DNA from: a virus
Lineage: Duplodnaviria > Caudoviricetes
Virus record (IMG/VR): IMGVR_UViG_3300022407_004352
Coordinates: 1-64,000 of that record
Reading direction: 5' to 3' (one strand)
Length of the DNA: 64,000 nt
Shown here in pieces: positions 38,219 through 47,278 of the stretch. The translations under genes and the position numbers were made by a program. The first letter of the stretch is position 1, and each line of letters opens with the position of its first letter. Below the pieces are notes generated by a model. The model was not told where the DNA came from, searched no databases, and was given only the letters and a program-made list of their open reading frames with translations.

Positions 38219-38461
38219 TCATGTTAACGTGATTAAGTCCGCTGCATCTACTACGAGATTCATTGGCTGTAAGGGTTGATTAAAGGAAAGAACCATAACA
38301 TATAGTTTCCGAGTCTTACAAAACTGTTGAAACTCCTCCTCACTCATTTCCCAACAAGTGAGTATCTCACCATCCGGAAACTTCATGGCCGGTAATTCCT
38401 GATATGCAGCTTGATCTTTCCCATAGATTACGTTACTTCCTGTAAATGTGGTGGGTCTCAT
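38219..38461 (-). CDS. small hypothetical protein
   Basis: 80 aa; LPA..TCW..QP pattern. Confidence 0.6.
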   Translation of the reverse strand: MRPTTFTGSNVIYGKDQAAYQELPAMKFPDGEILTCWEMSEEEFQQFCKTRKLYVMVLSFNQPLQPMNLVVDAADLITLT

Positions 38462-38478
38462 AATTGTAGTTATAATAC

Positions 38479-38796
38479 TTAGTTTCGTCCATACTTCAGG
38501 ATATGATAGCTTTTATCAGCCAGTAAAGCACCCGTGATGTCTATTTGCATAGTATCCAAAGGATTCACCATTAAACCTAGCTTCTTTTCTACTACTATCC
38601 CTACTAATCCCGCCTTCACCATGTAGATACGGTAGAATACTAGAATTTCAGGTTTAGCAACTCTTGGTACCTTAACTACTATGTTGGCCGATATTTTACC
38701 ATCTTCACTCAAGTGGTATGACAACTCCGGATGTACTCTGTCCGATAAAGCCAGACCCTTGAATTTAACTCTTACATGCAATGCTACTTTAGTCAT
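38479..38796 (-). CDS. hypothetical protein
   Basis: Operon tiling. Confidence 0.5.
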   Translation of the reverse strand: MTKVALHVRVKFKGLALSDRVHPELSYHLSEDGKISANIVVKVPRVAKPEILVFYRIYMVKAGLVGIVVEKKLGLMVNPLDTMQIDITGALLADKSYHILKYGRN

Positions 38797-38926
38797 TTCT
38801 CTCTTGTTTAAATTTTAAAATTATACCAAACATAGGTATAGGGAACACATACAGCCATTTCTTTTTAGAGTCCCAAAAGAACCCTACCCATAGGTCATAC
38901 CACGCAAAGATTAATTTTATTTTCAT
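38789..38926 (-). CDS. 45-aa hydrophobic/aromatic protein (not in ORF track)
   Basis: MKIKLIFAWYDLWVGFFWDSKKKWLYVFPIPMFGIILKFKQERND; overlaps start of next gene. Confidence 0.65.
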   Translation of the reverse strand: MKIKLIFAWYDLWVGFFWDSKKKWLYVFPIPMFGIILKFKQERND

Positions 38927-39191
38927 AGTTTCTCTTTTTTAAATTGTTCATGGCTATTTGGAATTAGGTGTGTAAAATCATAACCATTCATTTACAATTT
39001 TCACATAAAGAGCGGGTGAGACGGTTGCCAAATCTAACTTTATCATCTCATCCACCAATTTCATTCTTGATTCATGACACCGTTTAATAGCTCTGCTTTT
39101 TTCCTTACTATTTATTTTGTGATCGTACAGTACGAGTAAAAGTTTTTTCTTTTCGCTCTTTGTCATAGTTTCTCTTTTTTAAATTGTTCAT
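38923..39191. repeat. 29-bp direct repeat x2, 240 bp apart
   Basis: TCATAGTTTCTCTTTTTTAAATTGTTCAT at 38923 and 39163. Confidence 0.9.
38978..39166 (-). CDS. hypothetical protein
   Basis: 62 aa, ATGA coupling. Confidence 0.5.
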   Translation of the reverse strand: MTKSEKKKLLLVLYDHKINSKEKSRAIKRCHESRMKLVDEMIKLDLATVSPALYVKIVNEWL

Positions 39192-39753
39192 ACCAATACT
39201 CTTTAGCAGCCTGTGATTTGGCTCCTGCGATGAGTTCCTTTTCAAATCCATTAATGATGGTATTCATATACTCAACATACAACTGACTTGCTATATAAGG
39301 CTTCTGACCTGCATTTAATTTATCGGCTGCCATTTGCTGAATCGCTAAACTCTTTTGTTTTACAGCTTCTTCAATTGGTTGTTGCTTTGGTTTAATCAGG
39401 TCTTTCGTTGAGTATCTTTTTAATCTGTCATCTAACTTCTCCTTTGGCACAAGGATGGCGACTAAATTACAGTGCTTACCGTCACAGGGGACATTAGTAC
39501 ATTCTTTTTGTACTTCATATCCCTCAGGTATAGGATAGGACTTGCCTTTAAATAGGCCACCACGTTTTTCATCCTGAATAAGTATATTTTCGATTTCACG
39601 TTGATTCTTAAAATAAACCGCATCACGCTTGGCGGCTTCAAGTGCTGCTTTATATCTTTCAACTCCATCATCATCTATAACATACAGACTTTGATCAGGC
39701 ATCTCATAAGCAAAGATTCTTTCTTGCTCGTCAAGTTCTATTGTGTTTATCAT
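39163..39753 (-). CDS. hypothetical protein
   Basis: 196 aa, ATGA coupling. Confidence 0.55.
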   Translation of the reverse strand: MINTIELDEQERIFAYEMPDQSLYVIDDDGVERYKAALEAAKRDAVYFKNQREIENILIQDEKRGGLFKGKSYPIPEGYEVQKECTNVPCDGKHCNLVAILVPKEKLDDRLKRYSTKDLIKPKQQPIEEAVKQKSLAIQQMAADKLNAGQKPYIASQLYVEYMNTIINGFEKELIAGAKSQAAKEYWYEQFKKEKL

Positions 39754-40028
39754 TTTAGTTTTTTTATACCTCTTGACTCCTGATTTCTTGCCTTGGAGAT
39801 AATCTTAAGCATCCTAGCCATCAAATCCTCTAGCTCTACGATCTTTCTCATCTGCTCCACATCCAATACCCGGATTTGGCTTTTTTGTCCCGCTTTCTCC
39901 AACTCTTTAGCACGGTGGATAGTATTAGTCTCAATAAACCCACAACGAATGGATAATGCTGTATATATCTCTTCTGCTTCTTTCCCTGTAAGGTCTCCGG
40001 GTTCTTGATTATCTTTTGCTGTTCTCAT
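39750..40028 (-). CDS. hypothetical protein
   Basis: Operon tiling. Confidence 0.55.
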   Translation of the reverse strand: MRTAKDNQEPGDLTGKEAEEIYTALSIRCGFIETNTIHRAKELEKAGQKSQIRVLDVEQMRKIVELEDLMARMLKIISKARNQESRGIKKLK

Positions 40029-40032
40029 ATAC

Positions 40033-40449
40033 TTAGCTGTTGGATTCTGGTATTTTAATTAATGGTGTAACTGAAATGTCGAGGTAATACTGGGGGTCTT
40101 TTATATACTCCAAAGGTTCTAGGAGATCACCGGCTTGATTTCTCAAATATCCCCCACGATTCAGATTTATAACATAGGATTTCCGTCCACCAGGCAATAT
40201 TTTAGGATCATCTAGTGATTTTTTATCTTTATCGGATAGATTTCCACCCAATAGATGCTTTTTTAATGCTAGAATCAATGATTTTTCAGATTTAGGGTTA
40301 TTTACCCAAGGTATAGCAATAAGGTCTAAATCTCTCTTCATGCTCCCATGAATTACTAGATTATAGCCCATCCTTTTGGCAATTTTCTTTAATGCCAAAA
40401 AGGTATAAGCATAAAATTGGGGCTTTACATGTATGGACTTTCTTTTCAT
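40033..40449 (-). CDS. possible minimal nucleotidyltransferase-fold protein
   Basis: GYNLVIHGSMKRDLDLIAIPW resembles hG[GS]x(n)DhDh. Confidence 0.4.
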   Translation of the reverse strand: MKRKSIHVKPQFYAYTFLALKKIAKRMGYNLVIHGSMKRDLDLIAIPWVNNPKSEKSLILALKKHLLGGNLSDKDKKSLDDPKILPGGRKSYVINLNRGGYLRNQAGDLLEPLEYIKDPQYYLDISVTPLIKIPESNS

Positions 40450-40832
40450 AGGTCTTTTCTCATAAAGTTTTGTATCACATCATGTCCTACTTTCAATTCC
40501 CATAGGGGGTTACTTCTTATAAAGCTCCATTCCAGTATAAAATCCTTTGCAAAGACTCGATGACCATCGGGCATATGGTAGATTCCTTTTATAGCCACAA
40601 GATTTTTCTGATCCTGTTCGGTAGCATTAGGGGGTAAAGGTTGTTGATAGAGATAAACTGTATATTCTTTATCCTGTACATAAAGATTCACCTCCGTGGG
40701 GTTACTCTCAGTTCCAATGATGGGCTCATAAAGTTCGGGTTCTTTCATGCCTACCCGAATAAACCTACCGGCTAAATAAGCAGTACCTAGTGAAACAAGA
40801 AGAGTTCCCAATACTAATAGAAATACTGTCAT
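40446..40832 (-). CDS. membrane-anchored hypothetical protein
   Basis: N-terminal TM. Confidence 0.55.
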   Translation of the reverse strand: MTVFLLVLGTLLVSLGTAYLAGRFIRVGMKEPELYEPIIGTESNPTEVNLYVQDKEYTVYLYQQPLPPNATEQDQKNLVAIKGIYHMPDGHRVFAKDFILEWSFIRSNPLWELKVGHDVIQNFMRKDL

Positions 40833-41113
40833 ACTGTTGGTTTTAGATTTGAATAAGCATAATACTTAACTATATAATAATAACCTCCACCCATGTTTAC
40901 TGAGAAATACCGTCCGGGGCCAAACTGGTGAACCTTGGTAAGAGTATCAGCAATATTCTTGCTCCATACGGCTACAGTCTTATTAGCATGGATATTATTT
41001 ATCAGTTGGTTCATTTGGTTTACGTACCGAGCATCTCCTTTGCTAGTTCCTCTCGGAGTCATTACAACATCTATCTTGTTTAGTAATGACATGATCTGCT
41101 TAGTTCTTCTCAT
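40829..41113 (-). CDS. hypothetical protein
   Basis: ATGA coupling. Confidence 0.5.
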   Translation of the reverse strand: MRRTKQIMSLLNKIDVVMTPRGTSKGDARYVNQMNQLINNIHANKTVAVWSKNIADTLTKVHQFGPGRYFSVNMGGGYYYIVKYYAYSNLKPTV

Positions 41114-41595
41114 TTTAATAATTTTTCAATAACCCGAATAGAAGATTGATAGGCTCTTATATTTACCTCAAGAGTTGATTTATCTCTTACAAGATGCATC
41201 ACCTCGGTATTCAGCTCCCCAATCTTCTCCTGTTGACTTTCCAACTCTTGCCGTAAGTTTAGAATGGTCTCATCTTGTTGGTAGATTGTTTCTTGTCTTC
41301 TACGCAGAACATCACTCATGGATTCTTCCTGTTCTTTCACATGGACGGCCTTGTAATCCTCAGCATACTTTAGACGTACTGACTCTTCTGCTTCAGGCAG
41401 GTCAACAACAAGTATGGGGGTCTGCGGTTTGTTAATCTCAAAATCTTTCGGGAGCATACTTAACAAACCATGTAACTCTGCGGCTAGATGAGATGCATCC
41501 TCTATACTAATCTTAGTATAGAGTGTTTCCATCTCGGTTAGAAATGTAATATAGATTGCATTGTTTTCGAGTTTTAGTTGAATGTTCTTGCTCAT
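41110..41595 (-). CDS. coiled-coil hypothetical protein
   Basis: C-terminal heptads. Confidence 0.55.
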   Translation of the reverse strand: MSKNIQLKLENNAIYITFLTEMETLYTKISIEDASHLAAELHGLLSMLPKDFEINKPQTPILVVDLPEAEESVRLKYAEDYKAVHVKEQEESMSDVLRRRQETIYQQDETILNLRQELESQQEKIGELNTEVMHLVRDKSTLEVNIRAYQSSIRVIEKLLK

Positions 41596-42254
41596 GTGTT
41601 TGGGTTTATATGGTTTAACTTAGCTAATTTCTGGTATTTATCTAACCATTCGGGTTTTGATCCGTAGTTCCAATGGCATATATCTTTTTTATAGGATGCA
41701 TAGTAAAGCCGATAGTTTTCTACCGGGTCATCACTGAATTGACATTCTATGGGCATTACAGAGGGGGGCTTAGTAAGAAAATCGTTAGGGAAATCCTTTT
41801 CAGTTAAAGGCCAAGGATTCCCCAGTTTATCTCTTTGAAGATTGGGTTCACATAGACGAATTACTTCAAGGCTCTTATGTATCTTCTCATACCTAGCCAT
41901 ATACTCATCTACTAAGAAATAACCCAATCTTAGTAACCAGATATAGTTTTGAAGGGATTTTCTAGCCCATAAAACGGAAGGGTGGTTTGGATGAGTAATA
42001 AGGTATATTCTTGGACCTCCACCGGTTTCCCCATGAAGTACATGTGCATAGCTTTTCCACTTCTTGTTCTTTTCCGGAGTTAAACCAAAATCCTTATCTA
42101 GTCCATCCAGTGAGTATACACCCGGATACCCCCGTTTAATTCTTACAACAGTGGATAGAATCTGAGCAGTTTCCAATACCATTTTGACTACATGTTTATC
42201 ACTATGGTATTGGGCTGCTTTATTAGCTTCTCGGTCTAGGAAAAAGATATTCAT
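41592..42254 (-). CDS. pyrimidine-dimer DNA glycosylase / endonuclease V-like protein
   Basis: MNIFFLD...HSDKHVVKMVLETAQILST, HPNHPSVLWAR, Y.RY.K.HKS. Confidence 0.85.
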   Translation of the reverse strand: MNIFFLDREANKAAQYHSDKHVVKMVLETAQILSTVVRIKRGYPGVYSLDGLDKDFGLTPEKNKKWKSYAHVLHGETGGGPRIYLITHPNHPSVLWARKSLQNYIWLLRLGYFLVDEYMARYEKIHKSLEVIRLCEPNLQRDKLGNPWPLTEKDFPNDFLTKPPSVMPIECQFSDDPVENYRLYYASYKKDICHWNYGSKPEWLDKYQKLAKLNHINPNT

Positions 42255-42739
42255 GCTAAATCCAGGTTTTTAATAATTTTTACTACCTCTGCTCTCTCTT
42301 CGGGTTTAAGTCCATTACCTTCGCCAATTACCTTAATATCCAGGTCCATAACTAAGTCCATATCAAATCCCACCTCTTGTAATCGTTCACGGTCTTTTTG
42401 AATCTTCTTGAAATCCTGCATATACATTAACCTATCCTCTTTTGCACAAAGGAAGATACTGACTACTTTCTTGGATTCCAAAGTAAGATGTTTAATAACC
42501 CAGCCGGCATCCATCCTTTCGCTTCTTGGTAGATAAGCCCCCTTGTTATAGTCGTGAGTTTTATCTCTCCGTTCACTTATGGGTATTCGGATAATTATAG
42601 GATGGCCTATTGGAGAATTGAATACGATGATCCAATCGTTTGACTCCGATAGGTAATCAAAAGCATAGGTAAAATACTTCCGGAATAGATTAGCAATCCA
42701 TCGGAAGAAAAAGGCTTTAATCTTTACTGTTATTTTCAT
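42251..42739 (-). CDS. hypothetical protein
   Basis: ATG 42739 preferred within track ORF 42251-42775. Confidence 0.5.
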   Translation of the reverse strand: MKITVKIKAFFFRWIANLFRKYFTYAFDYLSESNDWIIVFNSPIGHPIIIRIPISERRDKTHDYNKGAYLPRSERMDAGWVIKHLTLESKKVVSIFLCAKEDRLMYMQDFKKIQKDRERLQEVGFDMDLVMDLDIKVIGEGNGLKPEERAEVVKIIKNLDLA

Positions 42740-42956
42740 ACTCTTTGTGTTGTTTATATAGTTTATATCGGGCAATACTTATAATGATAAATAATAGAAT
42801 ATACATAAGGAACTCAGCAAATCCCCAGGGTCTTTCTATAAGATAGTCCCAGTGGATTATAGAATCCACTATCCGAAAGATAATCAACCACCATAGGATG
42901 GCTGCTACTGCTGCTTCAGCTGTGTGGGATAATTTCATTTTATTTCTTTTTTGCAA
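42717..42956 (-). CDS. small membrane protein (2 TM)
   Basis: Two hydrophobic segments; first gene of minus operon. Confidence 0.5.
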   Translation of the reverse strand: MQKRNKMKLSHTAEAAVAAILWWLIIFRIVDSIIHWDYLIERPWGFAEFLMYILLFIIISIARYKLYKQHKEYENNSKD

Positions 42957-42990
42957 AGATGATCAAAAGTTAAAATTTTAAAAATAAGCC

Positions 42991-43965
42991 ATGAATTTAA
43001 GAGTACTGGGTGTCTGCGGGGGTAATGGTGTTATATTACACCCTTTCAAAGATAATTTAATAGCAAACATTGAACCCCGGGCAATCTTTCATACCCCTGG
43101 CCAAATTCAGTGGCAATTAAATTTTCCGGGTGTTCCCATGAGAAAAGAACTACAACCCTACTCGGATATTGACATTATCATAGGAGCTCCGGACTGTGGC
43201 CATTCCTCTGTCCTATCTTATTCTAGGGCTAAGAAGTTATCTGATCCGAAAGATAATAAGAGTTTCAATCTATTCCTAGCAAGTATCATTAAATACAGGC
43301 CACTAATTTTTATGATGGAGAATCTACCAAAGATGCTAGACATGGTAGACCTTGAGAAAATACTTCCGGAATATAGACTACAAATAAAGGTAGAGTCAGT
43401 TTCACTATGGGGTAACTCTCAAAAATCCCGAGTTAGGTTGGTAATAGTGGGAATCCGGAAAGATACTGGGTTAAAAATTAAGTGGCCAAAAAAGCCAGAT
43501 ATATTCTCTGAAGTGAGAGAGTTACTTGAAGGATTAGGACCCGAAGAGATACCATCACTTTGCCATGTTAGAGAGTCTGATGAATCCTTTGTACCTCTTT
43601 ACACGAAGACTGCTCGAAGGATAACAGTTAAAAAAGCTAGAGAAATTTGGCAAACGGACTTTGTGGATAGTAGAAGATGGAAAGTACCCCATACTAAGAT
43701 GGTTAACCAACCCGGAGTTTATCGGTTATTTTGGAGTGATTTACCATTAACTGTAAGAAAGCAGAGTCGGCAATTTGATCCCGAAGGATATATGCTTACT
43801 CCACGGGATATTGCTAGGATTCAAGGTATTCCGGATGAGTTTGAACTATGGTACGAGCCTAAACGACACTTATATTGTATAAATAAAGCCCGAGCTACTT
43901 GTGCAAAAACTCCACCCTATGAAATCGGGGAATGGTTTAAAAGGCAAATATCTAAACTTCATTGA
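42991..43965 (+). CDS. C5-cytosine DNA methyltransferase (divergent)
   Basis: I LGVCGGNG, IV GAPDC, VI FMMENL, VIII QKSRVRLVIVG, IX LTPRDIARIQGIPDEF. Confidence 0.8.
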   Translation: MNLRVLGVCGGNGVILHPFKDNLIANIEPRAIFHTPGQIQWQLNFPGVPMRKELQPYSDIDIIIGAPDCGHSSVLSYSRAKKLSDPKDNKSFNLFLASIIKYRPLIFMMENLPKMLDMVDLEKILPEYRLQIKVESVSLWGNSQKSRVRLVIVGIRKDTGLKIKWPKKPDIFSEVRELLEGLGPEEIPSLCHVRESDESFVPLYTKTARRITVKKAREIWQTDFVDSRRWKVPHTKMVNQPGVYRLFWSDLPLTVRKQSRQFDPEGYMLTPRDIARIQGIPDEFELWYEPKRHLYCINKARATCAKTPPYEIGEWFKRQISKLH

Positions 43966-44546
43966 TTATGAGCAAAAAAATAGAATTCTTTGTTATCCAT
44001 GTAACGGATACACCTGCCGGTAGAAAGACTACTTCAGACGAAATTCGTCAATGGCATTTAGGCCCATTTCATAAATCCCCCACGGAGATCATCTATAAGG
44101 GGGTAACTTACCCCAGTGTTCAAGCTCTTCCCGATGAAAAGGTGGGTGGAGTAAGTATTAAAAAGATAACGGGTCGTGGATGGAAACAAGTGGGTTATCG
44201 GGATATGATTCACTTGGATGGAACTAAGGAGAATCTAGTCAGGTATAACTATGATGCTATAGTGGATGCTTGGGAAGTAACCAATGGAGTTGCTGGAATT
44301 AATAGCACTGCTATGCATATTGTTATTGTAGGGGGTAAGGGCAAAGATACTCGAACTCCTGAACAAACTACTACGCTAGCAGCAGAAATGAAGAAAGCTC
44401 TTATTAACTGGCCTTGGATCAAATTCGCAGGGCATAACCAGTTTGATATGAAAATATGCCCATCCTTTGATGTTCGAGTATTTTGTAGAAGTATTGGAAT
44501 ACCTGAAAAGAATATTTACCAAGCACCCCCTAAAATGTTACCCTAA
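43962..44546 (+). CDS. N-acetylmuramoyl-L-alanine amidase endolysin (Amidase_2)
   Basis: VIHVTDT, VGY, GHNQF...CPSFDV zinc ligands. Confidence 0.85.
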   Translation: MIMSKKIEFFVIHVTDTPAGRKTTSDEIRQWHLGPFHKSPTEIIYKGVTYPSVQALPDEKVGGVSIKKITGRGWKQVGYRDMIHLDGTKENLVRYNYDAIVDAWEVTNGVAGINSTAMHIVIVGGKGKDTRTPEQTTTLAAEMKKALINWPWIKFAGHNQFDMKICPSFDVRVFCRSIGIPEKNIYQAPPKMLP

Positions 44547-44866
44547 TGATGGACATCATAACAGTACTCGAGAATTACCCGATACTAAGACATGAGTATC
44601 TGTTAGTTGTGTATGGTGTACTAGCTTGGCAACTTGAGCAACTTCTTGTGGGTGAAAAGAAAACCCTACGGAAAAGACTTAGTTATATATGGGCTTCCAT
44701 GATTTGGGGTGGAATAGTAGTTGTATTTGATGATGAGTTTATAATGATTGCTCAATCACATTTTCCTAAGTTATCACCTGATCAGTGGTGGTATGTAGGA
44801 GCAGGCTTCTTCATTGAAATCCTTCGCCACAAAGTAGAGCAATATAAGAATAATAAAGGGGGTTGA
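44546..44866 (+). CDS. putative holin
   Basis: 106 aa with 3 hydrophobic segments and a basic C-terminus, coupled to the endolysin. Confidence 0.5.
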   Translation: MMDIITVLENYPILRHEYLLVVYGVLAWQLEQLLVGEKKTLRKRLSYIWASMIWGGIVVVFDDEFIMIAQSHFPKLSPDQWWYVGAGFFIEILRHKVEQYKNNKGG

Positions 44867-44976
44867 CAAACCCCCTTACTGCCGATAGGCAGTTATTAGG
44901 CTGTACTAAGTGCTGTTTTTATACCTAAATATAGAAAAAGACTATTCCGAGTCGTAAGCTGGACCGCACGATCGGA
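44856..44976 (+). promoter_or_regulatory. three-hairpin intergenic structure
   Basis: AAGGGGGTT-GACA-AACCCCCTT, ACTGCC-GATA-GGCAGT, TCCGA(G)TCGT...ACGATCGGA. Confidence 0.45.
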
Positions 44977-44988
44977 TATTCCTTTCTT

Positions 44989-45708
44989 TTGAAGATTGTT
45001 AAGAATCTTTTCTTTAAAGCCATGGTAAACAAAGATAACTTTGAAATTGTTTGGAAATTAGCCATAGTAGGCTTACTGGTATACTTTATATTCTTTCATG
45101 TACCTGAGCAAAGAAAACAGGATCGGGAATACTGGGAGCATGCCAATTTCAAAACCGATACTCTCAATGTACAGGTAAACTATGATTCCATACCTACACC
45201 CATTTTTAAATACCCAGTACCCCCAAAACTAGTAATCAACTACATTGACTCTACCCGGACTGAGCATATACACATTGATATGTCGGATTCTCTTATTCAG
45301 GTTACTGACTCCTTAAAGAAGGAAATTTATCGAATCAGTACCCAATACCTTAAACTACATCCAACATCTCCAAAATTAATTTATGCCCAATTCCAAAGGG
45401 ACTCACTAAGACTGGATTTGTTGAATATTGCAGGTTCTATATCCTCTCAGCTATTCCTAGTGGATTATGAAAATTTCAGGTATCAATATAAGGATAATCA
45501 ATTTAGAGCAGAAAAACTTAGCAGTAAGAAGTTCAAACAAGATTGGTATGTATATGGGGGTTATGATCTAGCCCAGACTAATTTTCTCTTATCCACTGAG
45601 TATTCACTCTATAAGCAAAGATACAAACTCCAGGGTTTTACGGATTTATATATCAGTAATGAACCTCGACTATTCTTAGGTGCAAAGCTAGGTTACAAAC
45701 TAAGATGA
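44989..45708 (+). CDS. membrane-anchored lysis-module protein (spanin-like candidate)
   Basis: N-terminal TM, beta-rich C-terminus, position after holin; start may be ATG 45022. Confidence 0.4.
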   Translation: MKIVKNLFFKAMVNKDNFEIVWKLAIVGLLVYFIFFHVPEQRKQDREYWEHANFKTDTLNVQVNYDSIPTPIFKYPVPPKLVINYIDSTRTEHIHIDMSDSLIQVTDSLKKEIYRISTQYLKLHPTSPKLIYAQFQRDSLRLDLLNIAGSISSQLFLVDYENFRYQYKDNQFRAEKLSSKKFKQDWYVYGGYDLAQTNFLLSTEYSLYKQRYKLQGFTDLYISNEPRLFLGAKLGYKLR

Positions 45709-47276
45709 TAGAAGAGAGTATACTAAGTTCTACAAAGAAGCAATCTAACAAGTTCATTGAAAAACCCCTGACATCAGAGGAGTTCAGTGAGCTTCTCCGT
45801 GTTAGCAGCGACCCATTTGAATTCGCTAAGTTTATCCATGTAATCCACCCTATCCGGGGCAGAGTTAAATTTGATCTATACCCATTCCAAAAAGCGGTAC
45901 TTGCGAATTTCATCAAGAACCGGTTTAATATTATATTGAAATTTCGTCAGGCAGGAGTAACAGAGTTAATATCTTTATTCTGCCTATGGTTTGCTATGTA
46001 TCATTCCAATAAAAACATAGTAATCATTTCCATAAAGGAACATGTAGCCAAGAAGGTATTAAGGAAGATCAAGTTCATGTATCGGAATTTACCAGATCAT
46101 CTAAAGGTACAGGTAGTAAATGGACGAAGTAAGGATATAGGAACAGCTAGTGAGCTAGAGTTTGCTAATGGCTCAATGATCACTTCAGTTCCTACAACGG
46201 AAGAGGCTGGACGATCTGAAGCATTATCCTTATTAGTAATTGATGAAGCCGCAATCATTCGCTGGGCTGATCAAATTTGGGCCGCAGCTTTTCCAACACT
46301 CTCCACTGGGGGTAGAGCTATTCTTAACTCGACTCCTTATGGAGTAAATAACTTCTTCCACAGGGTATGGGTATCTTCTTGTGCTGGGGGTAATGGTTTT
46401 GTTCCTATCCGACTTCGGTGGAATATGCATCCGGAAAGGGATATACATTGGTATAACTCCATGCGAGCAGATTTGGGACCAAGACGAACAGCCCAAGAGA
46501 TTGATGGTGACTTTCTTACTTCCGGTAATTCAGTATTTGACCTATTGGACATTCGGTCGATTGAGGAATCCCTAGAGGGCTATCCAGCAATACGGGTTAA
46601 CGATGATACTACATTTAGTCGTATCTTCAAAATTCGTAACTTTGGCAATAACCTAAAAATATTCAATAAGCCTGATCCAAAAAGAAAATATACTATAGGA
46701 GCTGATATTGCTACAGGGCGAGCCAAGGATTTCTCAGCCTTTACTGTACTGGATGACTATGGGGATGAGGCTGGATGCTTTAAGGGTAAGATTCCCGTAG
46801 ATCAATATGCTGAGCTCCTAATGGGTATGGGTCATATTTATAACCGAGCTAGATTAGCGCCCGAATCTAACGATGTGGGTTTAGCAGTAGCTTCCAAGAT
46901 TCAAAACAAGGGCTATAGTAATTTATATTACTCGATTAAAATCCTAAAGGAGAAGGGTGAGAGTAAACCCAAACAGGAGAAGATACCGGGTTGGTATACT
47001 ACAAAGAAAAACAGACCCATTATTATAGCCGAACTGGAAGAGGATATTCGCTTAGGTAATATTACAATAAAAGATGAGTTCTTCGTACAGGAGGCTTATA
47101 CTTTTGTTTATGATGATCAGAATAAACCCACTGCTGCGGGCAAGAAAAGTTCTAGTAGTTCGGATGAAAATAACTTGGATGAGGATGAGTACCATGATGA
47201 TGCAATTTTAGCTAAAGCCATAGGCAACCATACTAGAAAGATAAAACAGAAGGGACTTATCATATTACCAATGTAA
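45705..47276 (+). CDS. terL: terminase large subunit
   Basis: LKFRQAGVT Walker A, LVIDEAA Walker B, STPYG, IGADIATGRAKDFS, HDDAILA. Confidence 0.95.
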   Translation: MIEESILSSTKKQSNKFIEKPLTSEEFSELLRVSSDPFEFAKFIHVIHPIRGRVKFDLYPFQKAVLANFIKNRFNIILKFRQAGVTELISLFCLWFAMYHSNKNIVIISIKEHVAKKVLRKIKFMYRNLPDHLKVQVVNGRSKDIGTASELEFANGSMITSVPTTEEAGRSEALSLLVIDEAAIIRWADQIWAAAFPTLSTGGRAILNSTPYGVNNFFHRVWVSSCAGGNGFVPIRLRWNMHPERDIHWYNSMRADLGPRRTAQEIDGDFLTSGNSVFDLLDIRSIEESLEGYPAIRVNDDTTFSRIFKIRNFGNNLKIFNKPDPKRKYTIGADIATGRAKDFSAFTVLDDYGDEAGCFKGKIPVDQYAELLMGMGHIYNRARLAPESNDVGLAVASKIQNKGYSNLYYSIKILKEKGESKPKQEKIPGWYTTKKNRPIIIAELEEDIRLGNITIKDEFFVQEAYTFVYDDQNKPTAAGKKSSSSSDENNLDEDEYHDDAILAKAIGNHTRKIKQKGLIILPM

Positions 47277-47278
47277 CC

